A DNA stretch of 31,798 nucleotides from Candidatus Sericytochromatia bacterium (GTDB lineage Bacteria > Cyanobacteriota > Sericytochromatia > S15B-MN24 > UBA4093), in the NCBI GenBank assembly GCA_044235265.1, contig JBIIHZ010000001.1:1-31798 (forward strand), given 5' to 3'. The first letter of the stretch is position 1. Each line of letters opens with the position of its first letter. A program made the translations under genes and the position numbers. Below are positions 22,545-30,286 of the stretch, piece by piece. The notes under the pieces are model-generated. The model ran no database searches. It saw only the letters and a program-made list of their open reading frames with translations, and was not told where the DNA came from.

Positions 22545-24341
22545 GTGCCGTCACCGACCTTCCAGACCCTGGAAGCCCGCCTCGAACACCTCAGGGCACG
22601 GGATCCGGGTCCTGAACTCGCCCGGGCCCTGGTCGAACTGGCCTGGGAAACCGCCATCGAACCGCGATCGGATGCACTCGTGCGCGAAGCCCTCGCGCTG
22701 GTGAGCCAGTTCGATTGCCTGGACGTCGAGGCCCACGCGCACGGTGTGCTGGCCTTCCGGGCCCGGATGCGAGGGGCCTGGCACGACTGTCTGGACCACG
22801 CAGAAGCCGCCCGGATCCGCTTCGAGGTGCTCGACGATCCGACGGGTCTCTCCCGGACCTACGAGATCCTGGTGAGCGTCCACGACCAGTTCGAGGACCA
22901 TGCCCGGGCCCTCGAGTATGCGCATCTCGCCCTGAAAATGGCGAGACGATCCGGGGAGCGTCGCGCCGAGGCCTGGGCCATCCATGCGATCGCCTATGTT
23001 CAGGGCGTCGTCGGCGATCCGGAAGCGGCGATCGCCGGGGTGGAGGAAGCCTGGCCCCACTTCGAGGCACTCGGGATCCTGAACGGTCTCGCGCGCTGTG
23101 CGATCACCCGAGGCTTTGCCCTGCTCGACCTGGGGCGCCTCACCGAGGCACGTGACAGTTTCCTCCGAGCCCGGCAACAATGGGCCGCCGTGGGGTCGAT
23201 GCGTGGGGTGGCCGGTGTGAGCCGCACCCTGGCCGAGTTGAGTCTCCTCGAGGTCGACGGGCCAGCCGACCTCGAGGCGGCGCTGGCCCACGCCACGGAG
23301 TGTGTCGAAACCGCACGCACGCACGGGGTGGCCGACATGCTCGTCCAGGGGTTGCTCATCCAGGCACGATGCCACCTGGCGCGGCGCGAGGCGGCGGCAG
23401 CTCGGGAGGTCTCCGGAGAAGCCCTGAGGCTCGCCCGGCAGGCCATCTCGCCATCCTCCGAACTCGAGGCCCTGGAACTCCAGGCTCGTGCCGCGGCCGA
23501 GCTCGGGGATCAGGAGCGGGCCTACCACCATTTCCTCGAGCGTCTGGACCGTGACCGGGCCTGGCAAGCCGACCTGAAAGTCATCCGGCGACGGGACCTG
23601 GAGATGGGGGTGAAAGCGGCGGAGGCCGTGGCGACGGACCGGATCTTGCATACCGTTCTGCCTGCCCCGGTCGTGCAAGAGCTCAAGCTGCACGGGGCGG
23701 TTCGTCCCCGTCGGGTCGAGGCGGCCACCGTGCTGTTCACGGATCTCGTCGGCTTCACGGCCGTGGCCAGTCGGATGCCGCCCGAGGTCCTCGTCGAGGA
23801 ACTGGAACGCCTGTTCGGTGCGTTTGACGCGGTGGTTCGCCAGACCGGCCTCGAGCGGCTGAAGACCATCGGCGATGCCTACATGGCCGTCGCGGGCGTG
23901 CCCGTATTCGATCCGGCCCACGTTTTCCGGGCCGTGGTGGCGGCCCTCGGATTCCGCGAGGCGGTCGTCCGGCTCGCCGCGGACGCGGCCCATCGGGAGG
24001 GGGGAGCCGTCTGGCAGCTCCGGATAGGTCTGCACTCGGGCCCGCTCGTGGCGGGCATGATTGGTCGCGAGCGGACGGCCTTCGATGTCTGGGGCGATAC
24101 CGTCAACATCGCCTCGCGCATGGAGTCGAACGGCCAGCCGGGGCGGGTCAACGTGTCCGAGACCGTGTTCCGGGTCATCGAACCGTACTTTCTCTGCGAG
24201 GATCGGGGAAAATTGCCGGTCAAGAACCGGGGAGACCTGGGCATGGCTTTCGTCGATCGGCTGCGTCCGGAGTGGTCGGATGACGATGCAGGAGTCGTGC
24301 CGAACGAGGCATTCTGGAAGGCTGTGCGCGGCGAGGCCTGA
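22545..24341 (+). CDS. Soluble class III adenylate cyclase with N-terminal TPR-like helical region (598 aa)
   Basis: TVLFTDLVGFT, LKTIGDAYMAV, LRIGLHSG and FDVWGDTVNIASRMES. Lys/Asp specificity residues indicate ATP. GTG after GGAGGG RBS. Confidence 0.92.
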   Translation: MPSPTFQTLEARLEHLRARDPGPELARALVELAWETAIEPRSDALVREALALVSQFDCLDVEAHAHGVLAFRARMRGAWHDCLDHAEAARIRFEVLDDPTGLSRTYEILVSVHDQFEDHARALEYAHLALKMARRSGERRAEAWAIHAIAYVQGVVGDPEAAIAGVEEAWPHFEALGILNGLARCAITRGFALLDLGRLTEARDSFLRARQQWAAVGSMRGVAGVSRTLAELSLLEVDGPADLEAALAHATECVETARTHGVADMLVQGLLIQARCHLARREAAAAREVSGEALRLARQAISPSSELEALELQARAAAELGDQERAYHHFLERLDRDRAWQADLKVIRRRDLEMGVKAAEAVATDRILHTVLPAPVVQELKLHGAVRPRRVEAATVLFTDLVGFTAVASRMPPEVLVEELERLFGAFDAVVRQTGLERLKTIGDAYMAVAGVPVFDPAHVFRAVVAALGFREAVVRLAADAAHREGGAVWQLRIGLHSGPLVAGMIGRERTAFDVWGDTVNIASRMESNGQPGRVNVSETVFRVIEPYFLCEDRGKLPVKNRGDLGMAFVDRLRPEWSDDDAGVVPNEAFWKAVRGEA

Positions 24342-24344
24342 AGC

Positions 24345-24782
24345 TCAGGGTTCCTGGAGCCGGGATCTCGCCCGCAAGCTCGTGACCAGGTTCTGCTGGA
24401 AATGCTGGCGCCGGCGGCCCCACAGGCGCTGAAAAACCGCCCCCGGTGCCCACAGGGGACTCGTCACCAGGCGCAGGATCGAGCGGGTCAGGGGTTCGTG
24501 GGGGCCCGGGTCGGGCCATGCCAGCGCGTCGAGGAGCGTGACGTCGAGTACCCACCGTCGGTGAACCTCATCCCAGGTTCCGGGCTGATCGACGGGCACC
24601 TGAAAACGCCGCGGCAGATGTCCTCCCCGGAGCACACACCACGAGTCGCTCCGGGCTCCGACGAGGCGCCCCAGGCTGCCGTCCCGGAGGAGCACTTCGG
24701 CCCCCAGGCGTTCGGGATACCCCTCGGGATGGCGCGAGGGGGGGGCAGGGATTTCGGAGTTCGAGGCCTCGGGATGCGACAC
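24345..24782 (-). CDS. Hypothetical protein (145 aa)
   Basis: GTG start with AGGA RBS. Fills the gap between convergent cyclase and divergent gltX. No family recognised. Confidence 0.55.
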   Translation of the reverse strand: MSHPEASNSEIPAPPSRHPEGYPERLGAEVLLRDGSLGRLVGARSDSWCVLRGGHLPRRFQVPVDQPGTWDEVHRRWVLDVTLLDALAWPDPGPHEPLTRSILRLVTSPLWAPGAVFQRLWGRRRQHFQQNLVTSLRARSRLQEP

Positions 24783-24840
24783 GTTCCCATCCTGAGGCCG
24801 CCTGCGCGGCCCTGCAAGGGACGCCTGGTGGTCCGTCCCC

Positions 24841-24849
24841 TGGTAAGAT
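24841..24849 (+). promoter_or_regulatory. Extended -10 promoter for gltX (TGgTAAGAT)
   Basis: TGnTAnnnT 34 nt upstream of ATG 24884. Confidence 0.5.
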
Positions 24850-24883
24850 GAAGTGTCGATCGTCGTCCAGCGAGGTTCCGTCC

Positions 24884-26332
24884 ATGCGTGTCCGTTTTGC
24901 TCCGAGTCCCACCGGTTACCTGCACGTCGGAGGGGCCCGCACGGCCCTGTTCAACTGGCTGCTCGCCCGGCAGGCCGGTGGTCAGTTCATTCTTCGCATC
25001 GAGGACACCGACGTCGCCCGTTCGACCGAGGAATCTCTGGAAGCGATCCTCGTCGGGATGCGCTGGCTCGGCCTGACCTGGGACGAGGGCCCGGACGTGG
25101 GCGGGCCGCACGCACCCTACGTTCAGTCCGAGCGGGGCGCCCTCTACCGCGAGCATGCCGAGCGCCTCATCGCCTCCGGACACGCTTACCCCTGCTTCTG
25201 CACGAAAGAAGAACTCGACGCGCTGCGTGAGCAGGCGGCCGCCCGCAACGAGATTTTCCGGTATCCCGGAACCTACCGGGACTTCGACCCGGCCGAGGCC
25301 CGGCGGAGGCGCGAGGCCGGAGAGCCGCACGTCATCCGCTTCAAGACGCCCGGCGAGGGTGTGACGGTCGTCGAGGACCTCGTCCACGGGACCGTGACGT
25401 TCCAGAATGCGGGGCTCGATGATTTCGTCCTGCTCAAGAACGACGGGGGGCCCACCTACAACTTCGCCTGCGTCGTCGATGACGCGCTCATGGAGATCAC
25501 GCACGTGCTGCGAGGTGACGACCACCTGTCGAACACCCCCAAGCAGATGATGATCTACGAGGCGCTCGGCTACGCGTTGCCCCGGTTCGGCCACATTCCC
25601 ATGATCCTGGGCCAGGATCGCTCGCGCCTCTCGAAGCGCCACGGGGCGACCTCCGTGATGGCCTACGATGAGGACGGCTACCTGGCTCACGGGCTGCGCA
25701 ACTACCTGGCGCGGCTGGGCTGGGCCCACGGCGACGACGAGGTCTTCAGCATGGAGGACCTGATCGCCAAGTTCAGCGTCGAGGGCATCAACGACACCGC
25801 TGCCGTCTTCGATCCGACCAAGCTCAAGTGGCTCAACGGGGTCTGGATGCGCCAGACGCCGGCCGACGAGATGGTCGACTGGTGCCGTCAGCGCTGGGCC
25901 GAGCGCGGCTGGCTAGGGGTACGGCATACCGCGGACTGGCAGGTGGGCGTCGTCAAGCTCCTCCAGGAGCGGACCCAGACCCTGCTCGAGCTCGTCGAGG
26001 CCTCCGCCTTCTGTTTCGAGACTCCTGAACTGGTCACGCTGCCCGAGTCGGCCACGAAGTTCCTGACCGCGGCAGCGGCTCCGGCGCTCGAGAGCCTGAA
26101 GGAGCGCCTGGCGGCGCTCGAGGAATGGACGCCCGAAGCGATCGAGGCCGTGTTCCGGGGTCTGGCCGCCGAGCGGGAGGTCAAGCTCGCGGCCATCATC
26201 CAGCCGGCCCGGGTCGCCCTCACGGGCAGCCACGTGAGCCCGGGCATGTTCGAGACGGCGTATCTCATCGGGCGCGAACTCGTCGTGACCCGGCTCGAGG
26301 CGGCGATCGCGCGGATCGCGAGCCCGGTCTGA
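24884..26332 (+). CDS. gltX: Glutamate--tRNA ligase (482 aa)
   Basis: MRVRFAPSPTGYLHVGGART, LRIEDTD, THVLRGDDH, RLSKRHGA and a C-terminal anticodon-binding domain. Confidence 0.98.
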   Translation: MRVRFAPSPTGYLHVGGARTALFNWLLARQAGGQFILRIEDTDVARSTEESLEAILVGMRWLGLTWDEGPDVGGPHAPYVQSERGALYREHAERLIASGHAYPCFCTKEELDALREQAAARNEIFRYPGTYRDFDPAEARRRREAGEPHVIRFKTPGEGVTVVEDLVHGTVTFQNAGLDDFVLLKNDGGPTYNFACVVDDALMEITHVLRGDDHLSNTPKQMMIYEALGYALPRFGHIPMILGQDRSRLSKRHGATSVMAYDEDGYLAHGLRNYLARLGWAHGDDEVFSMEDLIAKFSVEGINDTAAVFDPTKLKWLNGVWMRQTPADEMVDWCRQRWAERGWLGVRHTADWQVGVVKLLQERTQTLLELVEASAFCFETPELVTLPESATKFLTAAAAPALESLKERLAALEEWTPEAIEAVFRGLAAEREVKLAAIIQPARVALTGSHVSPGMFETAYLIGRELVVTRLEAAIARIASPV

Positions 26333-26342
26333 TCCCGGCGCT

Positions 26343-26756
26343 TCAGGAGGCGGGAGGCTTCCTGCGCGACAGGGCCTCCCGTTCCATGGCCTGGGGGGTG
26401 TCCTGCAAGGCTCCCGTGGCGTAGAGCAGGGCCATGAAAGCCCCCGTCGCGTGGCGCTGGAACCCCAGCGGAAAGGCGATCGCGAAGCCGATCCAGAGCA
26501 CCAGCTGGGGGATGACGTCCCACTCGAGGACGAGTTCGGTCACGAGGAAGCCCGGGATGAAGATGAGGGCCGCCACCCCGTAGCAGAGGTACACTCCCCC
26601 GGTGAACTCCCCTTCCTCGAGGGTGAAGCTCAGCCCGCAGTGCTCGCAGGCTGGAAGGGCTCTGAGCAGGTGACGATGGGTGGTGCCCACCCCGCAGCGC
26701 GGGCAACGGAGCCCGAGGCCACGTGCAAGGGCTCGAAGACGTTCCGGGAGCGTCAT
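26343..26756 (-). CDS. DUF983 family membrane protein (137 aa)
   Basis: RCPRCG...CEHCG zinc-finger-like motif followed by two TM helices. AAGGAGG RBS. Confidence 0.85.
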   Translation of the reverse strand: MTLPERLRALARGLGLRCPRCGVGTTHRHLLRALPACEHCGLSFTLEEGEFTGGVYLCYGVAALIFIPGFLVTELVLEWDVIPQLVLWIGFAIAFPLGFQRHATGAFMALLYATGALQDTPQAMEREALSRRKPPAS

Positions 26757-26869
26757 GGCGGTCCTCCTTCCGGAAGCTCGATCATACGACGCCCCGGGGC
26801 GCATTCGTTAGAGGTTCGGGCACCGCGGTATATGAAGAAGCGGTCACCGGGCGGTTCTCAGGTGGTGCC

Positions 26870-28564
26870 ATGACACACATCCCGGCTCCGGTCGGTCCCG
26901 TACGCTTCGATCCCCTGTCGCATGGCATGGCCCTCGGGCGTGACCGGGTGGAAGAGATCCTGGCGCCGCTCGACACCTGGTGGGCCAGGATCGACACGCT
27001 CCATTTCGACAGATACCGTCAGGATGTTCTGGAAGGTCGTATCCATTCGGTCTTCGGGGTCCAGATCGAAGGTGAGCTGCCTGCCGCGCATCCGATGGGG
27101 GCGGTCTCCGGTTCTCCGTTACCGGGCAACGGGGGCGCGGCGCCAGCGAGCTCGGTCCCTCGGCCTACCACGATGCTGCGTCGGTACGAGCTCCCGAGGC
27201 TGGTGCCGGTCAAGGTCGTCCGATCGACGGGGGAACTCGATCCGGACTGGATCCTGCTCGGTCCCTCTTCTCAGGGGATGGCTCACGTCTTCCGGCTCAC
27301 GCCTGCCGGTCCCGTTCACAAGCGCATTTCCGTCGAGGAGCTCCTGGCCTGGAACGCCTCGCTCCTTGCTCCGGGGACGATCGTGCGCGTGCCCCGGAGC
27401 AGCGGTGAGGCCGAAGACGGCTGGGTCGTCCTGGCCAGTCAGGATGATCGTCTGCTCGTCGAGAAGGGCGGGGTCGGACGCAAGCAGATCCTGGCAGCCC
27501 AGCTGGCGCCTCTGGTGGCGCCCCTCTGGGGGCACCTCCCGCTACAGGCGCCTGAATCACCCCGCCCACAGCCCCTTTCGGTGGCAGTCGGGACGGACCT
27601 GCGCATCTACCGCAGCGAGGGCAATCTCGAGCCCGGATGGACGGTGGTGCGTCAGGAGGGAAATCAACTGCATCTGCAGCGCGAGGGCGCCCACGGCATG
27701 CTCCAGAAGCGCTTGCGCCTCGAGATGGCGCTGATCTGGAATCCAGACCTCCTGCCGACCGGCACGACCTTGCGCCTCGAGATCGACGGCACGGTCGTCG
27801 ATGGCTGGTTGCTCGTGGCGGCCAGCTGGGATGGGCTCGAGGTGGTGCATGTCCTGCATGGCACGCGCATCGAGCCACTCGAGGTGGCGATCCGCCTGAA
27901 CCGCGATCGTCTCCTCGGGGAGGGGGAGCCCCCCTTTCGCTTTCCGTCTCCGGAAGCTCGTGCCCAGCGTCTGGCCTATGCTCGCGACCACCTTCTCGAG
28001 GGATACGTCTGGGATGGCTTCGTGGACGGGGGCCGCCATGCGGCGCTCGATACCGACTACTGGCCGGTGGCGACGCAGCGCGAGGTGCTCGTGGTGGACC
28101 GCGCCTGTGACCTGTCCCTGCGCGCGCACATCCAGCGGGTCCAGACCACCCTGGAGGCCCTGGAACCCGTCTCGCGACTCCAGGAGCTGGTGAAGTACGT
28201 GCACGAGCAGATGGGGGGGCCCATCTCGCGGGTCGAGGAGCGCGTGGCCCTCGCGGCGGCCCGCATGCGGCAGCAGCCCCTGCTCATCGGGGACGTCCCC
28301 CGGGTGCTCGGGGGCGGGATCGTCCGTCACCGGACCTTGCTCTTCCAGGTCCTGGCGGAAGAGCTCGGTCTCACGTCAGCCATGGTTCGTGGCGATGCAG
28401 GGACCTTCTGTCCATCCCCGCATGCCTGGAACCTGGTCGATCTGCCCGACATGCGGGTCGCCGTGGATCTGTCGCGTCCGGCTGCCCAGGCCTTCGCGGC
28501 CCTCCAGCATCCCTGGACCCAGCGCTATTACCATCCCCATCCCCCTCGCGGAGATCTCGCATGA
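26870..28564 (+). CDS. Four SH3/Tudor-like repeats + C-terminal EDR1-type (transglutaminase/papain-like) domain with Cys->Val (564 aa)
   Basis: EDR1-type motifs DGFVDGGR, REVLVVDR, GIVRHRTLLFQVLAE, MVRG, HAWNLV and VDL. Repeats VxVxRSxGxxExGW. ATG at 26870 after AGGTGG. Confidence 0.8.
   Translation: MTHIPAPVGPVRFDPLSHGMALGRDRVEEILAPLDTWWARIDTLHFDRYRQDVLEGRIHSVFGVQIEGELPAAHPMGAVSGSPLPGNGGAAPASSVPRPTTMLRRYELPRLVPVKVVRSTGELDPDWILLGPSSQGMAHVFRLTPAGPVHKRISVEELLAWNASLLAPGTIVRVPRSSGEAEDGWVVLASQDDRLLVEKGGVGRKQILAAQLAPLVAPLWGHLPLQAPESPRPQPLSVAVGTDLRIYRSEGNLEPGWTVVRQEGNQLHLQREGAHGMLQKRLRLEMALIWNPDLLPTGTTLRLEIDGTVVDGWLLVAASWDGLEVVHVLHGTRIEPLEVAIRLNRDRLLGEGEPPFRFPSPEARAQRLAYARDHLLEGYVWDGFVDGGRHAALDTDYWPVATQREVLVVDRACDLSLRAHIQRVQTTLEALEPVSRLQELVKYVHEQMGGPISRVEERVALAAARMRQQPLLIGDVPRVLGGGIVRHRTLLFQVLAEELGLTSAMVRGDAGTFCPSPHAWNLVDLPDMRVAVDLSRPAAQAFAALQHPWTQRYYHPHPPRGDLA
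27209..27905 (+). repeat. Four degenerate ~50-57-aa protein repeats arranged as two pairs
   Basis: Units start at aa 114 (VKVVRSTGELDPDW), 171 (IVRVPRSSGEAEDGW), 244 (LRIYRSEGNLEPGW) and 301 (LRLEIDGTVVDGW). Both pairs have a 57-aa period and a shared WN..LL..GT junction. Confidence 0.75.
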
Positions 28565-29520
28565 AGTCCAGGACGACCATCCAGCGGCTGGCCGTGGGCG
28601 ATCGCATCGACGGCCTCGAGATCCTCGGGATCGCCGGAGAAGGGGGTATCGCGCGGGCCTACCGGGTTCAGGTGCCCGAGGGACCGTCCATCCTCAAGCT
28701 GGCCAAGCGGACCTTGCCCGATGCCTACGGAGAGGCGACGGTCGCCGAGCGATTCGCCCAGGCCGTTGCCTTCCATACCGGTGGCATGGGGCCCGGGCAA
28801 CTCTCGGCCAACGATCTGCTGGAACGGGAGGCCATGCTCGTCAGGGGGCTCCAGGATCCGATCTTTCCGGTCATGCGGGCAGCCGGGCGCATCGGCGATC
28901 GCGCCTACGTCCTCTACGAGGACCTGGGTGACGATCACCTGCGCGCGCGACTCGACCGCCGCGAAGGAGTCCCGGCTGCCTGGATGCTCCGGCTCGCGTC
29001 AGAACTGTCGGGGCGGCACGTCGACGGTCGTCTCCCCTTTCACGGTGACCTGAAGCCCGAGCACATCTTCTTCGATGCCTCCGGAGGGGTGCGGCTGATC
29101 GATCCGGCCTGTGCCGCGGCCGAAGGGCGTCCGCCGGGTAGCCGGAGTCTGCTCACGACTCCGGCATACAACCCCTACATGCAGGCAGACGATCGGACGG
29201 CTTTCGCGCTGGTCTGGCTGGAGGTCCTGGTCGGAGAAACCCTGCTGGGAGAGGTCCCCCAGCGCGAACGGGCGAGCTTCGCCCCCTCGTTCCGGAAATG
29301 GCTCGAGCTGATGGAGTCAGGAGCTCGTGGCCGTCACGTGCGCCTGCTGACCCGGTTGCCGGCCGTGAGCGTACTGCAGGCGCGGGTACCCCATGCCATC
29401 CTGGTCTGCCTGTTACGTGGCCTGGGGCTCCAGATGGACGATGACGGAGCCCTCGATCTGGTGGCAGGGTACCCGGGATGGCCGGATTTTCTCGGTGCCC
29501 TCGAGAGGGCCGCGGCATGA
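28561..29520 (+). CDS. Atypical Hanks-type Ser/Thr protein kinase (319 aa)
   Basis: G-loop GEGGIARAY, beta3 ILK, alphaC LEREA, catalytic loop HGDLKPEH, LIDPA in place of DFG, TPAY. ATGA overlap with the upstream gene. Confidence 0.82.
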   Translation: MKSRTTIQRLAVGDRIDGLEILGIAGEGGIARAYRVQVPEGPSILKLAKRTLPDAYGEATVAERFAQAVAFHTGGMGPGQLSANDLLEREAMLVRGLQDPIFPVMRAAGRIGDRAYVLYEDLGDDHLRARLDRREGVPAAWMLRLASELSGRHVDGRLPFHGDLKPEHIFFDASGGVRLIDPACAAAEGRPPGSRSLLTTPAYNPYMQADDRTAFALVWLEVLVGETLLGEVPQRERASFAPSFRKWLELMESGARGRHVRLLTRLPAVSVLQARVPHAILVCLLRGLGLQMDDDGALDLVAGYPGWPDFLGALERAAA

Positions 29521-30278
29521 ACCTCAAGACCGTCAAAGTGCGGGTCGAGCAGGAACTCCAGGCCGGTCGCTTCGATGAAGCGGCGCGGATCGTCCGGCAG
29601 GGCATCTACACCGCTCCCACCTCCGTCGACCTGCATCGCCTGCTGGCCCATATCCTCGCCCGGGCGGGACATCACGACCTCTCGTTCCAGGAGCTGGCTG
29701 ACGTGCTCCGGCTCGATCCGGATCAATCCGGGGTCCGCTTCCTCATGGCGTTGCTCTTGCTCAGGCACGGGGAGACCCTCGAAGCCCTGTACGAGTTGCA
29801 GGCCGTCGTGCAGCAGGAACCGCAGCGCTCGGCGGCCCGGCTCGTGCTCGCGGCCGTTCTCGAGAGGGCGGGGGATCTGGCGGGGGCCAGGGCGGCTTAC
29901 CTGGAACTCGTCCGTCTCGAGCCGGGCATGATCCCGGCCCTCGTCAATCTGGCCGTGCTCACCGAGCGCATGGGAGACCCCGTCGAGGCGGAGCGACTGT
30001 ACCGGGAGGCTCTCGCGATCCATCCCGATGACGTGGTCAGTGCCCTGAACCTGGCCCGGTTGCTCGGGCAGCGAAATCTCCTGGAGGAGGCCCGGAGGAT
30101 CCTTGGCCGGATCCTGGATCGGATTCCGGGGCAGCCCGAAGCGCTCGCCTTGCTCGGCTGGATCTACCTGCTGGGTGGACACCCCGATCCTGCGCGCGCC
30201 TATCTGGAGGAGGCCCGTCGCGCGGGTATCGATACGCCGCGGTGGCACGCATGTCGTGCTGCGCTGACCCCCGGTTGA
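29517..30278 (+). CDS. Tetratricopeptide-repeat protein (253 aa)
   Basis: About 6 TPR-like units (e.g. ALVNLAVLTERMGDPVEAERLYREALAIHPDD). ATGA overlap with the kinase stop. No signal peptide. Confidence 0.9.
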   Translation: MNLKTVKVRVEQELQAGRFDEAARIVRQGIYTAPTSVDLHRLLAHILARAGHHDLSFQELADVLRLDPDQSGVRFLMALLLLRHGETLEALYELQAVVQQEPQRSAARLVLAAVLERAGDLAGARAAYLELVRLEPGMIPALVNLAVLTERMGDPVEAERLYREALAIHPDDVVSALNLARLLGQRNLLEEARRILGRILDRIPGQPEALALLGWIYLLGGHPDPARAYLEEARRAGIDTPRWHACRAALTPG

Positions 30279-30286
30279 GGCGTCGA

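Noticed and set aside
22410-24782. tRNA-Val as the integration site of a genomic island
   Set aside because: No integrase, no duplicated tRNA 3' end seen in the window, and no obvious compositional shift.
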